From assembly GCF_030144855.1 (NCBI RefSeq), contig NW_026779008.1:744001-808000 (forward strand): a stretch of 64,000 nt of DNA, written 5' to 3'. The position numbers and the translations under genes were made by a program. This stretch comes from Hypanus sabinus (Eukaryota). Shown one piece after another: positions 1 to 13,460 of this stretch; within the stretch, counting starts at the first letter, position 1, and every line of letters starts with the position of its first letter. The notes beneath the pieces were generated by a model that did no database searches, had not been told where the DNA came from, and saw nothing but the letters and a program-made list of their open reading frames with translations.

Positions 1-347
1 GGCTTATCACCTGATAACGTCTGACCGGCGCAATGCCCACGGTGAGAGATTGTGATTACATTATTGAATTCATATTTAGACCATATGTGGGAGTCAACTG
101 TCTCAACAAAGGTTGGGATCAATTGAATATGCTGCCAGTGTAAATTTGCCTTGAGACTCGTCACAGCCCCAAATCTACACACAGCCCCACATACACATTA
201 AGTGCAAGAATCATTTCACGGAATGGCTGTCTCCATTAAAAAAAAATCAAAAACAGAGGTCAAATTTCATATTGCATTTATTATTGAAGTCCGTATAAAG
301 GGAAAAACCATGAGATTTGTAACACCTCGAAATCCACCGGTTCCCCC

Positions 348-690
348 AAGTCAGTGTTCACCGCGAATCCGCCAACACACCCACTATGCACATATCTGCA
401 AATCGGTGTGCACCCACAAATCTGTGCTCACCGAAAAAACCCCACATTCAACCCTCCAGTCAGTGTTCACCCCCGAATCGGTCAACACACCCACTATTCA
501 CATATCTGCAAATCGGTGTGCACCCACAAGTCTGTGCTCACCGAAAAAAAACACATTCAACTCTCCAGTCAGTGTGCACCCCCGAATCCGCCAACACACC
601 CACTCTTCACATATCTGAAAATCGGTGTGCACCCACAAATCTGTGCTCACCGAAAAACCCACCTTCTACCCTCCAGCCAGTGTGCACCCC
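348..690. repeat. ~109-bp tandem repeat, about 3 copies
   Basis: (T/C)CAGTGT(T/G)CAC recurs at 351, 460, 569 and 677, with near-identical sequence between; more diverged related units continue to ~1290. Confidence 0.9.
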
Positions 691-706
691 AAAGCAACCG
701 ACACAC

Positions 707-831
707 CTGTTACCAGCTCCTGTTTCCTTAACTCCGAGTGTCACTTTAAGAGGCTGGAGCTGGATTCTGAGTGACAGCCGAAGAGAGAGAGAATATTTAA
801 GAACTGTGTTCACGAAAAAAGCTGCCTCCTC
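707..831 (-). other. putative non-coding/UTR exon of a minus-strand gene running off the left edge
   Basis: Strong acceptor TTTGTTCTTGCTTCTTTTCAG|GAGG (exon starts 831); candidate donors CTG|GTAACA (714) or CAG|GTGTGT (707). Confidence 0.35.
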
Positions 832-1529
832 CTGAAAAGAAGCAAGAACAAAGTTTAAATTTCAAACACACGTTCACATGCATAGTCCCCATATTCTAGT
901 TGACATCCCCTTAAATCTACGCTCCTCCCCAAACCCATTCTCACCCCGTAGTCAGTGGGTGCCCACAAATCCACCAACAACCCCATATTCACTGACAAAC
1001 CCCTATGCCTGCGCAAATCCCTGTGCACCCAATATTCGCCAAAACTTTTCTAAGTCAGCACAATCCTCAAATCCGTGTGCAACCCCAAATCCGCTGAGAC
1101 ACTCAAATCTGTGCGCAGCCCTAAATACTCCCAAATCCCTGTGCACCCTCAAATGCCCAAAGCAGTGTGCACCCCCAAATTCACCGACACTCCAAAATCC
1201 ATATTCACCAACATACCCTGAAACCTCCGCACATCCGCAAATCAATGTGCAGACCCATTTCCATGTGAACCCCCAAACCCGCTGACATCCCCACAAGCAC
1301 ACTAGATTATCCCAGAGCAAGAATCATTTCAAACAGTTCACAAAATAGCTGCCTCCATCTTAAAACGATGAAAATGCAAACTGCATTCATTTTTAAAGTA
1401 TTTTTGTATGTCTGAATCTCTGTGTGTTTATATGCGAAATCGTATGTGTCTGTCCGTCTCTTTGTGTGTCTGTGTCGGTCTGTGTCTGTGTCGGTCTGCG
1501 CAGCTACTGAGAACACATGGCTCTCCCGT

Positions 1530-2110
1530 CCACTCCACATCCCCTCCCCCGCCTATTCTGCAGCGCACGGAAAGGGAACAAACTGGCCTCTCCCGGAAAC
1601 CACAAGCCTTTAGCTCTGAGAGAACATTGGTGCTTTCCAAACTATGAAGAATTGCAGAACATCTATAATTCACTGTGTGAGTCAACCGTCATCACAGTGC
1701 GGGGTGGGGGATGTGGGGACGGGAGGGTGGCCGGGAAACAAGCGACAGAAAAGGGGGAAGATTAGGGTGGAATGTGTGGAGGAAAGAGTGGGGTGGTGTG
1801 GCTGAGAACAGATGAAGGGAGGAGGACAGTGAGAAAGAGATTGAGGCTTCTACATATTTAGTCTCTCTCTCTCTCTCCTCCACACTCCCTTCCCCCGCCT
1901 ATTCTGTAGCACATAAAAAGGGAACAAACAGGCCTCTCCCGGAAACCACAAGCCTTCATATTCCGAGAAAACATTGTCACTGTCCAAAAAACGAAGAATT
2001 GCGCAACATCAGACAATTCACTGTGCGAGTCAACCGTTATCACAGTGCGGGGTGGGGGATGTGGGGACGGGAGATGGCCCGGAAAACGAGCTGCAGTAAA
2101 GGAGGAATTG
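1530..2110 (+). repeat. direct duplication of a ~230-bp segment (1530-1760 and 1880-2110)
   Basis: CCCCGCCTATTCTG(C/T)AG...GGCCTCTCCCGGAAACCACAAGCC...CACAGTGCGGGGTGGGGGATGTGGGGACGGGAG is present twice. Confidence 0.85.
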
Positions 2111-2490
2111 GGGTGAGGGTGAGAGGCAGGGGAAGCATTGTGTAGAAAGGGAGAAAGAGACAATAAGGGACAGAAGAAGGGGAGTGAGTGGGTAGGGTAG
2201 GGAGGACAAGAGTGTGCTGAGGACAAGAGTGTGTCAGTGGGAAGGTAACGGATGAAGAGAGGAGAGAGAGATAGTGTGTGGAAGAGAGGGAAATTGGTGA
2301 GGTGAGAGCTGAAAGGGAAAGTATGAGGGAGTGGGAGACAAGAGATGGAGAGAAAGATACAGTGAGAGAACGGGGAAGCAGAGGTGGCAAAAGTGGGAAG
2401 GGGTGAAGATGGGGGCAGGAGAGTGGGGAGAGTTTGAGCCAAAGAGGAGGAATGAGATATTTTTGGGAAGTGGTGTGAACGCCAATGTGA

Positions 2491-2659
2491 NNNNNNNNNN
2501 NNNNNNNNNNNNNNNNNNNNNNNNNNNNNNNNNNNNNNNNNNNNNNNNNNNNNNNNNNNNNNNNNNNNNNNNNNNNNNNNNNNNNNNNNNNNNNNNNNNN
2601 NNNNNNNNNNNNNNNNNNNNNNNNNNNNNNNNNNNNNNNNNNNNNNNNNNNNNNNNNNN
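2491..2659. other. assembly gap (169 N)
   Basis: Run of N. Confidence 1.
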
Positions 2660-2830
2660 TTTACAATCCTTGGCTCTGATCGCCACTCTTTGACCATGGA
2701 TGTCCAGTATCAATTCACTTCTATCCCCAGCAGGAAATCCTGAAAGCACATCGTCTGCTTCCTGACAACAGCCCCAACCAATTTCCCTTCATCGACACTT
2801 TATTCTGAGTCAGAGAGCACCATGACAAAC

Positions 2831-3047
2831 TGTGGTGAACTACGTGTGCCTGTCTGGACACGCCCCCTGCTGACTGCTCCTGTGGCTCCTCCCACAGACC
2901 CCTGTATAAAGGCGATCAGAGCCTGGGCCCGGCCTCTCAGTCACCAGGATGTAGTATGGTGGTCACTCACTGCTTGTTCCTTCTTCCAGTAAATAAAAGC
3001 CGATATCTCGCCTTTACGTCTTAGAATGAGTTATTGATGGTGCATCA
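2831..3047 (+). mobile_element. solo LTR (217 bp) with 5-bp TSD CAAAC
   Basis: TG...CA ends; TATAAA at ~2906 and AATAAA at ~2992; CAAAC immediately on both sides. Confidence 0.85.
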
Positions 3048-3124
3048 CAAACAAACCCTTTTTCCCATTTAGTTCGTACCGAATTGTTATTCTGCTGAGT
3101 CCAATAACCGCAGCTGCACCATGG

Positions 3125-3560
3125 CCCTCAATACCCCTCCCGTCCATGTACTGATCCAAACTTTTCTGCAATGAAATCCATAACTTCCACTGACAGCTCT
3201 TCCCACACCCTCAACACCCTCTGAGTGAAGGAATTCCCACTCAGGTTCCTCATAAATATTTCACCTTTCACCCTTAAACTGTGATCTCCAGTTCCCATCT
3301 CACCCAAACTCAGAGGAAAAATCCTGTCTGCATTTACCCTGTCAACAACACTCAAAATTTTGTATAAATCTGCAAAATCCCCCTTCATTTTCCAACACTA
3401 AAGGCAATAAAGTCCTCAACTTTTCCTAAAGCTCGAGTCCTCAAGTCCCAGCAAACGTATTGTAATTTTTCTCTGCACTCTTTCAATGTTGTTGATAACT
3501 TTCCTTCAGGCCAGTAACAAAAACTACACACAATACTCCAGATTAGGCCTGACCAATGCA
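3125..3560 (-). mobile_element. CR1 LINE 3' fragment
   Basis: Degenerate ORF2 C-terminus (KGDFADLYKIL...FTQRVLRVWEEL). Confidence 0.85.
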
Positions 3561-5545
3561 GTAAAGCCGAAACAGGGGATAACTTTACTGCACCACAACA
3601 CAATCTCAAAGCCTCTTCTTGTATCACACCCAAACATAATAAAGTTAAAGCTGAAGCTGATCTATAAACCACAACTATAATCAAGAACAGATCCAATTGA
3701 ACAAACGAGATTGGTCAACAAATACTTTCATGTAACACCCTAGAATACCCGCAGGGATAACTGAGAATATTTAATGTTTCTTTACATTTATCAATTATTT
3801 TCTGATCCGGTGCTTCCATGTCAGCTTATTATCCGTCCACATGCCTGGAAATCTTACCACTGACACCTTTTAAGGAGTTTGACCATATCAGTTCCAATCA
3901 TTTCCAATCAAGTGCAGGTTCATTAATGCTGTCTTTAAAACACATAACTTGTCCCATCTATTTGCCGACTGTTCGACCTTACTAATTGCTAAAGCATCCT
4001 ATATACAGTAAAATTGAAATTTCTACCTCTAATCCATAAACCTCCATCATCTGCATATAGGGATTTACACAATGAAAAACCTATCTCAGAAAAAAATATT
4101 AATTATCATATAAAATAATAAATACTGCCTGTGGGATCACAGTCTTTATCTCATAACAAACTGAATATAACTTTCCCACCCATACCCGACACAAAACGTT
4201 CAATTAAAACAACTCAAAGTTAGATAATCGCCCCTCCATCCTCATTTCCACAATTTCATAAAATTTCTTTCCTTCCATAAATACCATCTGCCTTTTGGAT
4301 AGTAAAAATACTGCTGTTACAACATCTATATTTAACTGACTTTACTAATACCATCTTCCAAACATAAAAATGAATTCAATGTCATACTTGCCCACACATA
4401 CCTTTACAAGACATACAAATAGAAACAATCAGAAAAAATTTGTACAATAGCACTCTCAATTGCATTTCCAAAAATTAATCAAGTCCATCCTTCAAGAAAT
4501 ATTATTTGCCTTTTCAATATCAAAAATATTGCTATTACAACATCTTTATTTAACTTTACTTTCCTAATATGATCTTCCAAACCCAAACTGATTCCAATGT
4601 TATTTAAGGCAGAGATTGCTAGGTTTCTGAGTAGCCAGGGTATCAAAGGTTATGGTGTGAAGGCGGGGGCATGGGACTCAATGGGAGAATGGATCAGCTC
4701 ATGATAAAATGGCAGAGCTGACTCGATGGGCCAAATGACCGTCTTCTGCTCCTTTATCTTATGGTCTTATTCTACCGTTCCAGATTGCCTCTGATAAAAC
4801 ATGAAATTACCTCTTTTATCGAAAATATAATTCAAACACTCGATTACCATACATTCCACAAGTTTACATAAATGAGACTTTAATGATATTGGCCTACAAG
4901 GTGGATCAGACGGGGAGATCCAGGTTTTAGAATGGAAACTACTACAACCATTTTCCATGAGAAAAGTAGATGGCCAAACCTCCAAATACAATTCATAAAG
5001 TTAATATTTTCACAAAAGAAAATTACACATATCTGTTGAATCAAGATTTTCTGCAAGTTCATGATACATTTGATTCCCATTCACAACTCTATACTCTGCC
5101 CCTTTCCTTATACAACTGACAACATCACCCCTCTACCAACTAACCTGTCAAGCCAAATGACAATATAATCCTGCACAGGAATAAAAATTAAAATGTGCAG
5201 GTTTCCTGAACAGATATAACATCGGAAGAATCTGACAAATCAGAAATAAACTGCTGAAAGTGTTGGCCATGTAAAATCAGGCTTCTTGCATTTCACTTCA
5301 ATATTTCAATCCCATTACATATCTTCACAAGTAGACTGGGATGCAGAAACCCCCACAAATCAGAGCTTCATTTACAGCTTCCCACATAACACCAGTTACA
5401 CCAAGATACCTTTCTGCAGCTTTCACAATAATCTTAATTTCTCCAGCAGGATGAGATGTCTGAGCAGGACAATTCATCTCATCGGTTATAAACATCACAA
5501 ACTTCATTTTATCCAGCAGTGAAGTGCCTTTGTTGAGAGAACTGT
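3560..5545 (-). mobile_element. degenerate I/Nimb-type LINE ORF2 fragment; short CR1 3' end inserted at ~4600-4770
   Basis: PSDPPCRPISLKSHLCKLVECMV RT-entry motif; reverse-complement similarity to 11400-12420. Confidence 0.7.
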
Positions 5546-5562
5546 GATGCTGGCATATATCC

Positions 5563-6660
5563 TTGACAGACAGATCTCAGTATGTGCGGTTGGTAGACTG
5601 TAGGTCTGACACGGTGGTCAGCAGCACAGGAACGCCGCAGGGGACCGTGCTCTCTCCGCTCCTGTTCACCCTGTACACATCAGACTTCCAATATAACTTG
5701 GAGTCCTGCCATGTGCAGAAGTTCGCTGATGACACGGCCATAGTGGGGTGTGTCAGGAATGGTCAGGAGGAAGAGTATAGGAAACTGATACAGGACTTTG
5801 TGATATGGTGCAGCTCAAACTACCTGTGTCTCAATATGACCAAGACCAAGGAGATGGTGGTGGACTTCAGGAGACCTAGGCCTCATATGGAGCCAGTGAT
5901 TATTAATGGAGAATGTGTGGAGCAGGTTAAGACCTACAAGTATCTGGGAGTGCAGTTAGACGAAAAGCTAGACTGGACTGCCAGCACAGATGCCCTGTGC
6001 AGGAAAGCGCAGAGTCGACTGTACTTCCTCAGAAGGCTGGCGTCATTCAATGTTTATAGTAAGATGCTGAAGATGTTCTATCGGTCAGTTGTGGAGAGCG
6101 CCCTCTTCTTTGTGGTGGCGTGCTGGGGAGGCAGCATTAAGAAGAGGGACGCCTCACGTCTTAATAAGTTGGTAAGGAAGGCGGGCTCTGTCATTGGCAC
6201 AGAACTGGAGAGTATGACATCGGTGGCAGAGCGGAGGACGCTGAGTAGGCTACGGTCAATCATGGAAAACCCTGAACATCCTCTGCACAGCACCATCCAG
6301 AGATGGAGAAGCAGCTTCAGCGGCAGGTTGCTGTCAATGCAATGTTCCTCAGACAGGATGAAGAGATCGTTACTCCCCAATGCCTTTTGGCTCTACAATT
6401 CAACTACCAGGGGCAAGACATGTTAAAGTGCCGGGGTTAGGACTGAGCTTAAGTTACCACTCAATGCACTTCAGTAAACTATTTAAGAACTTTTTAAAAG
6501 CTATTTATTAATGCTTTTTGGGAGGGTGATTTTAGATGCATATCATATTTGTACTGAGTTAAATATTGTATGTAATTAGTTTTGCTACAATAAGTGTATG
6601 GGACACTGGAAAAATGTTGAATTTCCCCTTGGGGATGAATAAAGTATCTATCTATCTATC
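5563..6660 (+). mobile_element. 5'-truncated Rex1/Babar-type LINE with uninterrupted RT C-terminus, 3' UTR and (TATC)n tail
   Basis: 287-aa ORF with GTPQGTVLSPLLFTLYT, FADD, YKYLG and RLYFLRRL motifs; AATAAA followed by GTATCTATCTATCTATC at 6638-6660. Confidence 0.9.
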
Positions 6661-7489
6661 CACTGACGTCACAGTCTGTTCTCTGAGTGGGATCACTTTA
6701 TCCAGTTTACCTGCTCTGCTTGCTGTACCTGTCCTTGAACAGGCCCTTCTCCTCACTGTGTTGTTCTGAACCAATTGAACTGGTCACTTCATGCCTTACT
6801 AAACCAATCCCTTCTGCCTACACAAGGAACACATCCCTCCATCCTCCTCACATCCACGTGGTATCTAATAGCCTCTATCACATCTGCCTCCACCACCACC
6901 CGTTATTCACTCCAGACACCCACCACTATGGGAATGGAAAACCAAACTTGAAACGCAAACCTCCTTTAAACATTCTGAGTCAGGTTTCTAACATCATTGC
7001 CTTTTCAATTCTTTTTTTCAACAGCAGCTATGCATAAAAGAGATACAAAATGCACTAAATTACAAAATACTTCAATAGTGCAAAAAGCTCCAATGAGGAT
7101 GTGTTCCCCCTTTCTCCTGAAGTTCATGCCCTCTGGCATTGGACATTTCCACCTTAGAGAAAAATCCCGGCTCTCCACTCTGTCTGTGTCTCTCACATTC
7201 CTGTAAACGTCTGTCAGACCTCCCTCAGCCTCTGCCACTCCGGAGAAAATTTCCCGAGATTGTTCGGTCTCACTTTATCCAGGCAGCATCCTGTTAAGCC
7301 TCTTCCAAGCACCATCCAAAACCTCCGCATTATTCCTGTCTTCAAATGCAATTCTCCGGATGTGGTTAAACTAGAGATTTATACAACTGCAACATTACTG
7401 CCTGACAATGGAACCACTATCTGGGAGTTATGAACTCGGATTCCAAGATCCCCCTGCAGATCAACACAGTCCAATCTCACCCCATGAAT

Positions 7490-8080
7490 ATAACAGCAAA
7501 GAGATAATGCTGAGGCTTTAAAAGACACTAGTCAGGCCACACTTGGAGTATTGTTGACACTGTTGGGCCCCACATCTCAGACAGGATGTGTTGTCATTGG
7601 AGAGAGTCCAGAGGAGGTTCAGAAAGATGATTTCGGGAATGAAGGGGTTAAAATATGAGGAGCACTTGGCAGCTTTGACCCTGTGCTCACTGGAACTCAG
7701 AAAAATGCGGGGAATCTCATTGAAACCTAACGAATGTTGAAAGGACTGGATGAGGTGGATATGGAGAAGGTATTTCCTGTGGTGGGGCGCAGCCACAAAG
7801 TTGAGGGGCCACCTTTTCAAACAGAGGTAAGCAGCTTATTTTTTTATTAGCCAAGAGTATTGGATCTGTGGAATGCTCTGCCACAGACTGCGGTGGAGGC
7901 CGAGTGTGTGGGTATATTCAAGGCGGAAGTTGATCGTTTCCTGATCGGTCAGGGCATCAATGGATATGGGGGGAGGTCAGATATCTGGAATTGAGTGCAA
8001 TCTGGGATCAGCCATGAAGGAAAGGTGGCTGACTCAATGGGCTGAATGGCCTAATTCTGTTCCTATGCCTTATGGAGTTA
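7490..8080 (+). mobile_element. CR1 LINE 3' fragment
   Basis: LVRPHLEYC, LERVQRRF and WNALP motifs, frameshifted. Confidence 0.85.
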
Positions 8081-8339
8081 TGAACACAAGCCCCCTCAAT
8101 CATGATGAATCTCCTCTGCACTCTTCCAGCACAAAACATCCTCTGTACAGAATGCTAAGTGGAACTGAATGCAACTTTTCAAGAACGTTGTCAAGTCAGG
8201 CAGCATCTGTTGAGGGGAACAGCATCTGATGGTTGGGACAGAACCCGTCACTTACGGCACTAACACAGGCCTTTCGGCCCAACCTTTTCATGCTGTCCTC
8301 CAGTCCATTTAAACTAATCCCTCTGCCTGACTTTGACAC

Positions 8340-8810
8340 AGAACACAGAAATCTACAGCACATTACAGGCTCTTCAGCCCACAATGTTGTACCGACCATG
8401 TAACCTACTCTAGAGACTGCCTAGGATTTCCCGATCATATAGCCCTCTGTGTTTCTATCCTCCATGACGCTATCTAAGAGTCTATTAAAATATCCTGTTG
8501 TATCCACCTCCACCATCGCTGCCGGCAGTGCATTCCACGCACCCACCACCCTGTGTGTAAGAAACTTACCCCTGACATTCCCTCAGTACCGACTTCTAAG
8601 CAGCTAAAACTACGTCCCCACGTGTTAGGCACTTCAAGCCTTGGAAAATGCCTCTGGCTATCCACATGGTCAAAGCCTCTCACCATCTTATACACCTCTA
8701 TCAGGTCACCTCTCATCCTCCGTCGCTCCAAGAAGGAAAGGCTAAGTTCACTCAATCTATTCTCATAAGGCATGCTCACCAATCCAAGAGCAACATCCTT
8801 GTAAATCTAA
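8340..8810 (-). mobile_element. CR1 LINE 3' end
   Basis: YENRLSELSL...RRRMRGDLIEVYK. Confidence 0.9.
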
Positions 8811-8869
8811 TTTGACCTGCAGAAATAAACCTCTTCATCTCTGTTGAACTCCATCTGCCACTTCCCAGT

Positions 8870-10365
8870 TCTGCATCCGAGGCAAGGAAATAGATTGCTG
8901 AGCCTCTGGCGAAGATCATCATGTCCTCATTGTCCACCGGAATTGTACCGGAGTATTGGAGGGAGGCGAATGTTGTCCCCTTGTTCAAAAAGGGTAGTAG
9001 GGATAGTCCCGATAATTATAGACCATTGAGCCTTACATCTGTGGTGGGAAAGCTGTTGGAAAAGATTCAGAAAGATAGGATTTATTGGCATTTAGAGAAT
9101 CATGGTCTGATCAGTGACAGTCAGCATGGCTTTCTGAAGGACAGATCGTGTCTAAAAAGCCTGATGGAGTTCTTTTAAGAGGTGACCAGGCATATAGATG
9201 AGGGTAGTGCAGTGGATGTGATCTACATGGATTTTAGTAATGCATTTGATTAAGTTACACGCGGTAGGCTTATTCATAAAGTCAGAAGGCATGGGAACCA
9301 GGGATGTTTGACCAGGTGGAATTGGCTTGCCTGCAGAAAGCAGAGAGTTCTGGTGGAGGGAGTACATTTGGATTGGAGGGTTGTGACTAGTGGTATCCCA
9401 CAAGGGTCAGTTCTGGGACCCCTACTTTTTGTGATTTTTATTAACGACCTGGATGTGGGGGTAGAAGAATGGGTTGGCAAGTTTGCAGAAGACACAAAGA
9501 TTGGTGGTGTTGTGGATAATGAAGAGGATTGTCAAAGATTGCAGAGAGACATTGATAGGATGCAGGAGTGGGCTGAGAATTGGCAGATGGAGTTCAACCC
9601 AGAGAAGTGTGAGGTGGTACACTTTGGAAGGACAAACTCCAAGGCAGAGTACAAAGTAAATGGCAGGATACTTCGCAGTGCAGCGGAGCAGAGGGATCTG
9701 GGGCTACATGTACACAGATCCCTGAAAGTTGCCTCACAGGTAGACAAAGTAGTTAAGAAAGCTTATGCGGTGTTAGCTTTCATAACTCAAGGGATTGAGT
9801 TTAAGAGTCGCGGTGTAATGATGCAGCTCTATAAAGCTCTGGTTGGGCCACAGGGAGTACTCTGTCCAGTTCTGGTCATCTCACTATAAGAAGAATGTGG
9901 AAACACTGGAAAGGGTACAGAGGAGATTTACCAGAATGCTGCCTGGTTTAGAGAGTATGGATTATGATCAGAGATTAAGGGAGCTCAGGCTTTACTCTCT
10001 GGAGAGAAGGAGGATGAGAGGAGAAATGATAGAGGTATAGTTGATATTAAGGGGAATAGATAGAGTGGACAGCCAGCGCCTCTTCCCCAGGGCACCACTG
10101 CTCAATACAAGAGGACATGACTTTAAGGTAAGGGGAGGGAAGTTCAAGGGGGGATATTAGAGGAAGATTTTATACTCAGAGAGTGGTTGGTGCGTGGAAT
10201 GAACTGCCCGAGTCAGTGGTGGAGACAGATACACGAGTGAAGTTTAAGAGACTACTCGACAGATATCTGGAGGAATTTAAGCTTAGGGAGGCAGAGTTTA
10301 AGGGTCGGCACAACATTGTGGGCCGAAGGGCCTGTACTGTGATGTATTGTTCTGTTTTCTCTCTA
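8870..10365 (+). mobile_element. CR1 LINE RT-to-3' end fragment
   Basis: WREANVVPLFKKG, SQHGF, GIPQGSVLGPLLF and FAED motifs with stops and frameshifts. Confidence 0.95.
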
Positions 10366-10459
10366 TTTCTCGCTGGAATCTCTCTTTTAATTTAATTGTT
10401 TATTGAAGGCACGACACAGTCCAGAAAACGTAATGCATTACATTTTCCTCCATTTTGCT

Positions 10460-10830
10460 TTGATACCTTACCCCGAAACAACACCACAACGTCATCATTG
10501 GGGCCTTCTGGGAGTTGTAGTCATTTCCTCTCTCGCTCCCTATCGAAACATGTTTCGTCAGCCACCACAGACGTCACCGAAACAGACCCACCGAGGCGCG
10601 AAGGGGAATCACACCCGTCCTTGTGGGCGCCGAGACCGGCGACACCGACAGAAGCGACTCGCTGATCTCCGCCATGGCGACGGAGCGGAAGAGGAGGGGC
10701 TGGTCATGGGCCGATTTCCTCCAGCCTATCGTAGCTCAGGCTGAACACTGACGCCTGCTGTCATTGGCTGACATGCCTGTCGCTCAAATGGGAACTCAGA
10801 GGGTGATTAGTTTATGTGAACGTCAGTCAG
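10460..10830 (-). promoter_or_regulatory. CpG-rich promoter/first-exon island
   Basis: Minus-strand ACTACAACTCCCAGAAGGCCC (ZNF143/ACTACA motif, 10501-10521); palindromic CGCCATGGCG (YY1-like, ~10670); CCAAT box ~10763; minus-strand donor GGG|GTAAGG at 10472. Confidence 0.65.
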
Positions 10831-10899
10831 CCTTCCAGTCTTTATGAGTTTGGATTTGGATTTATAACGGGACAGGAAGCAAATTGGGAGAAATGTGAG

Positions 10900-13460
10900 T
10901 TTTTATGTGATGGTGCATCAGTCTCCGAGTTACATTATTAACAATAAAAGGGCCAAGGCCGTGGTGAGGAAGGAGGTGATTTACTGGAGGTTATATGGAG
11001 ATAATATTGGAAGGGATATCAAACTTGAAATTGTTTGGGATATGATTTAGAAAATGGGGTGATTAGTGGGGATCATAATATTCCAGTGTTGATTAATGAG
11101 GGCAAAATGATTGTTACTGAAACAGGGAAGGTTGTGTTATTGGCTGTGTCATTTGCTGAGATTCATAATCATGATAATTTAAGAAGTTAAGCAATGTAGG
11201 GATATGTTTTTCAGTGAATACCCTGATGTGTTGGAAGTCAGCAGCAGCAATGATAGTATCACTGATGGAGAGATTTCTTTGTATGAATTTAAGAAGTCTA
11301 TTGATAATGCAGGTCAGGTGTCCCCAGGAAAGAGTGATATTTGAAATTGTAATTGTATATAATTCACTTTTGTGAAAATATTAAATGTTTGAATTGTGCA
11401 TCTACTGAAAATAGTAGTGCCTATTCTAAAACCTGGCAGATCCCCATTTGATCCTTCTAGTTAAGGGCCTATATCGTGAATGCCTCATTTATGTGAACTT
11501 ATGGAATGTATGGTAATCAAGCGCTTGAGTTATATTTTGGAAAGAGTGGTGATAAAGTGTTTTATCAGAGTGGATTTTGGAAGGGTGAAATGACATTAGA
11601 TTCAGTTTTAGGTTTGGAAGATGATATTCGGAAAGCACAATTAAATAAAGATGTTGTAATAGCAGTATTTCTTGATACTGAAAAGGGAAATGAAATAGAA
11701 GAAATGACTTTTGATTAAGTTAGGAGTGAAGGGGACATTGTATAATTTTTTTTAGTTTTTTTTGGATGGACTGTCCAAATACAGGGCATGTTATATTTGT
11801 GTTTCTATGAGATAATGGAATCCCACAAAGCAGTATTTGTAGCATTCATTATTTAATATTATGATTACTGATATTTTCTCTGAGATGGGAAAATGAGATA
11901 CCCTGGGTAAATCACAATATACAGATTATGTAGCTTTATAGATTAGAGGTATTAATTGCAATTTACAATTAATAGGTCAAACGGTGGACAGATTGATGAG
12001 GATTTTAAGCTTTTAGTCGTTAAAACACATTACGTGGTTTACAAACAGCATGAATAGACTTGCACTTGATTTAAAATTATATGATTAATATCTTGAGGAA
12101 GTGTCAGTGGTAAGATTTCTCAGTATGTGGATGGATAATAAGCTGACGTGGAAGCACCTATCAGTAAAATAATTGATATATGTAAAGGAGCTTTAAATCT
12201 CCTCAGACATCTATGTGGGTATTCTTGGGTGCAACATGAAAATCTTTGTTGACCAATTATATTTGTTTAATTTCATCTGTTCTTGATTATATCTGTGTGG
12301 CTTATAGATCAGCATCATCTTCAAATTAAAAATGTTTGTATATGATACAATTACAGACTTTAAGATTGTGTTCTGGTGCAGTAATGTTGCCTGCTGTTTT
12401 GGCTTTACTGATTGCAAGGAAATGATCATCCTGTTAAAGGTGTGCTAGAGGACGGTTGGGGACATCACAAGAAGAGTGTTTTTTGTTTTGGGTGGCTGGG
12501 TTCTTATCACGCTGGGAATACGGGTGTATTTGATGATACCATATGTCCCACTGTCGCTTTCTTCGTAACCCCACCTTGTTTTTTCCAATGACTTCAGTTG
12601 ATTTCAGGTTACACGATCGAATTCGGTTCTGCCTGAGAGTCTGTTGGTTCATCAGTATATTAATGAAAGTTATTATTATACAGTAGCCATTTTTACAGAT
12701 GCATCAAAAGATAAGTTAACTGGGGGTGTTGGTGTCGCTGTTTTTGTGTGCCTGAACTGCAGGTAATGATAAAGAAATGACTTATAGCCATTTATCAACA
12801 TAGGAAGCAGAATTCTTTCCCAAGTGGAGGAAATTTGTCCTTATAATTTGCTCAGAATACATTTCGGTTTTGATGAGTCTTAAACAGGTCATTCTGGCAG
12901 TAGGTCAGATTGACTGTTGGAAACTTGTCAAACGGTATTTCATATATAAAGTTTGATTAATATGTCTGCACATTATGGGCCCTGCACATCACAGTGTTGA
13001 GGGAAATGATGATGTTGACTGTTTAGCAACAAAACTGTTAAATGTTAAGCTGTGGATATAAACCATCCACTTAGCAAATTAGAAGCTAAAGGGTTGGTAG
13101 TGTTAAGAATTAGGGGCTTATGGCAAGACGTAGGATAATGGACGTAAAGACAGACACCTTTACAGAATACATACACCTGTTGGGTTTATGGAAGAAGGGC
13201 TTAAAACAAGGGATGGAATGATACTGACTCGACTGAGAAATGCCCATTCTATGCTTAATTATGCCTTGTAACTAATTGGAAAACTTCATTCTGTGCCGTG
13301 TACATTTTGTCATTATGAAACTGTGGAAACACATACTATTTCAATGTGAAGCGTACAAGGCTGAAGAAAAATCAAATGCAGTCTTCAGTACAATCTTAGC
13401 GAGGGTACATAGTTTTCAGATAAAAACTATTAAATTATGAGACTGACTTTAAATCAATTC
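10900..13460 (+). mobile_element. degenerate I/Nimb-type LINE ORF2 (RT, RNase H, CCHC)
   Basis: VIAVFLD RT motif; IFTDASK and GNDDVDCLA RNase H motifs; CTFCH...ETVE...ILFQC knuckle. Confidence 0.75.

Noticed and set aside
202-1320. Overlapping 100-150 aa ORFs
   Set aside because: Products of a C/A-rich tandem repeat, open in several frames, with no domain
1858-2749. Long ORFs spanning the gap
   Set aside because: Artefacts of the N run and purine-rich low-complexity sequence
3560-13460. Large inverted duplication formed by the two I/Nimb-type copies
   Set aside because: Similarity is confined to the element and the flanks differ; independent insertions are sufficient
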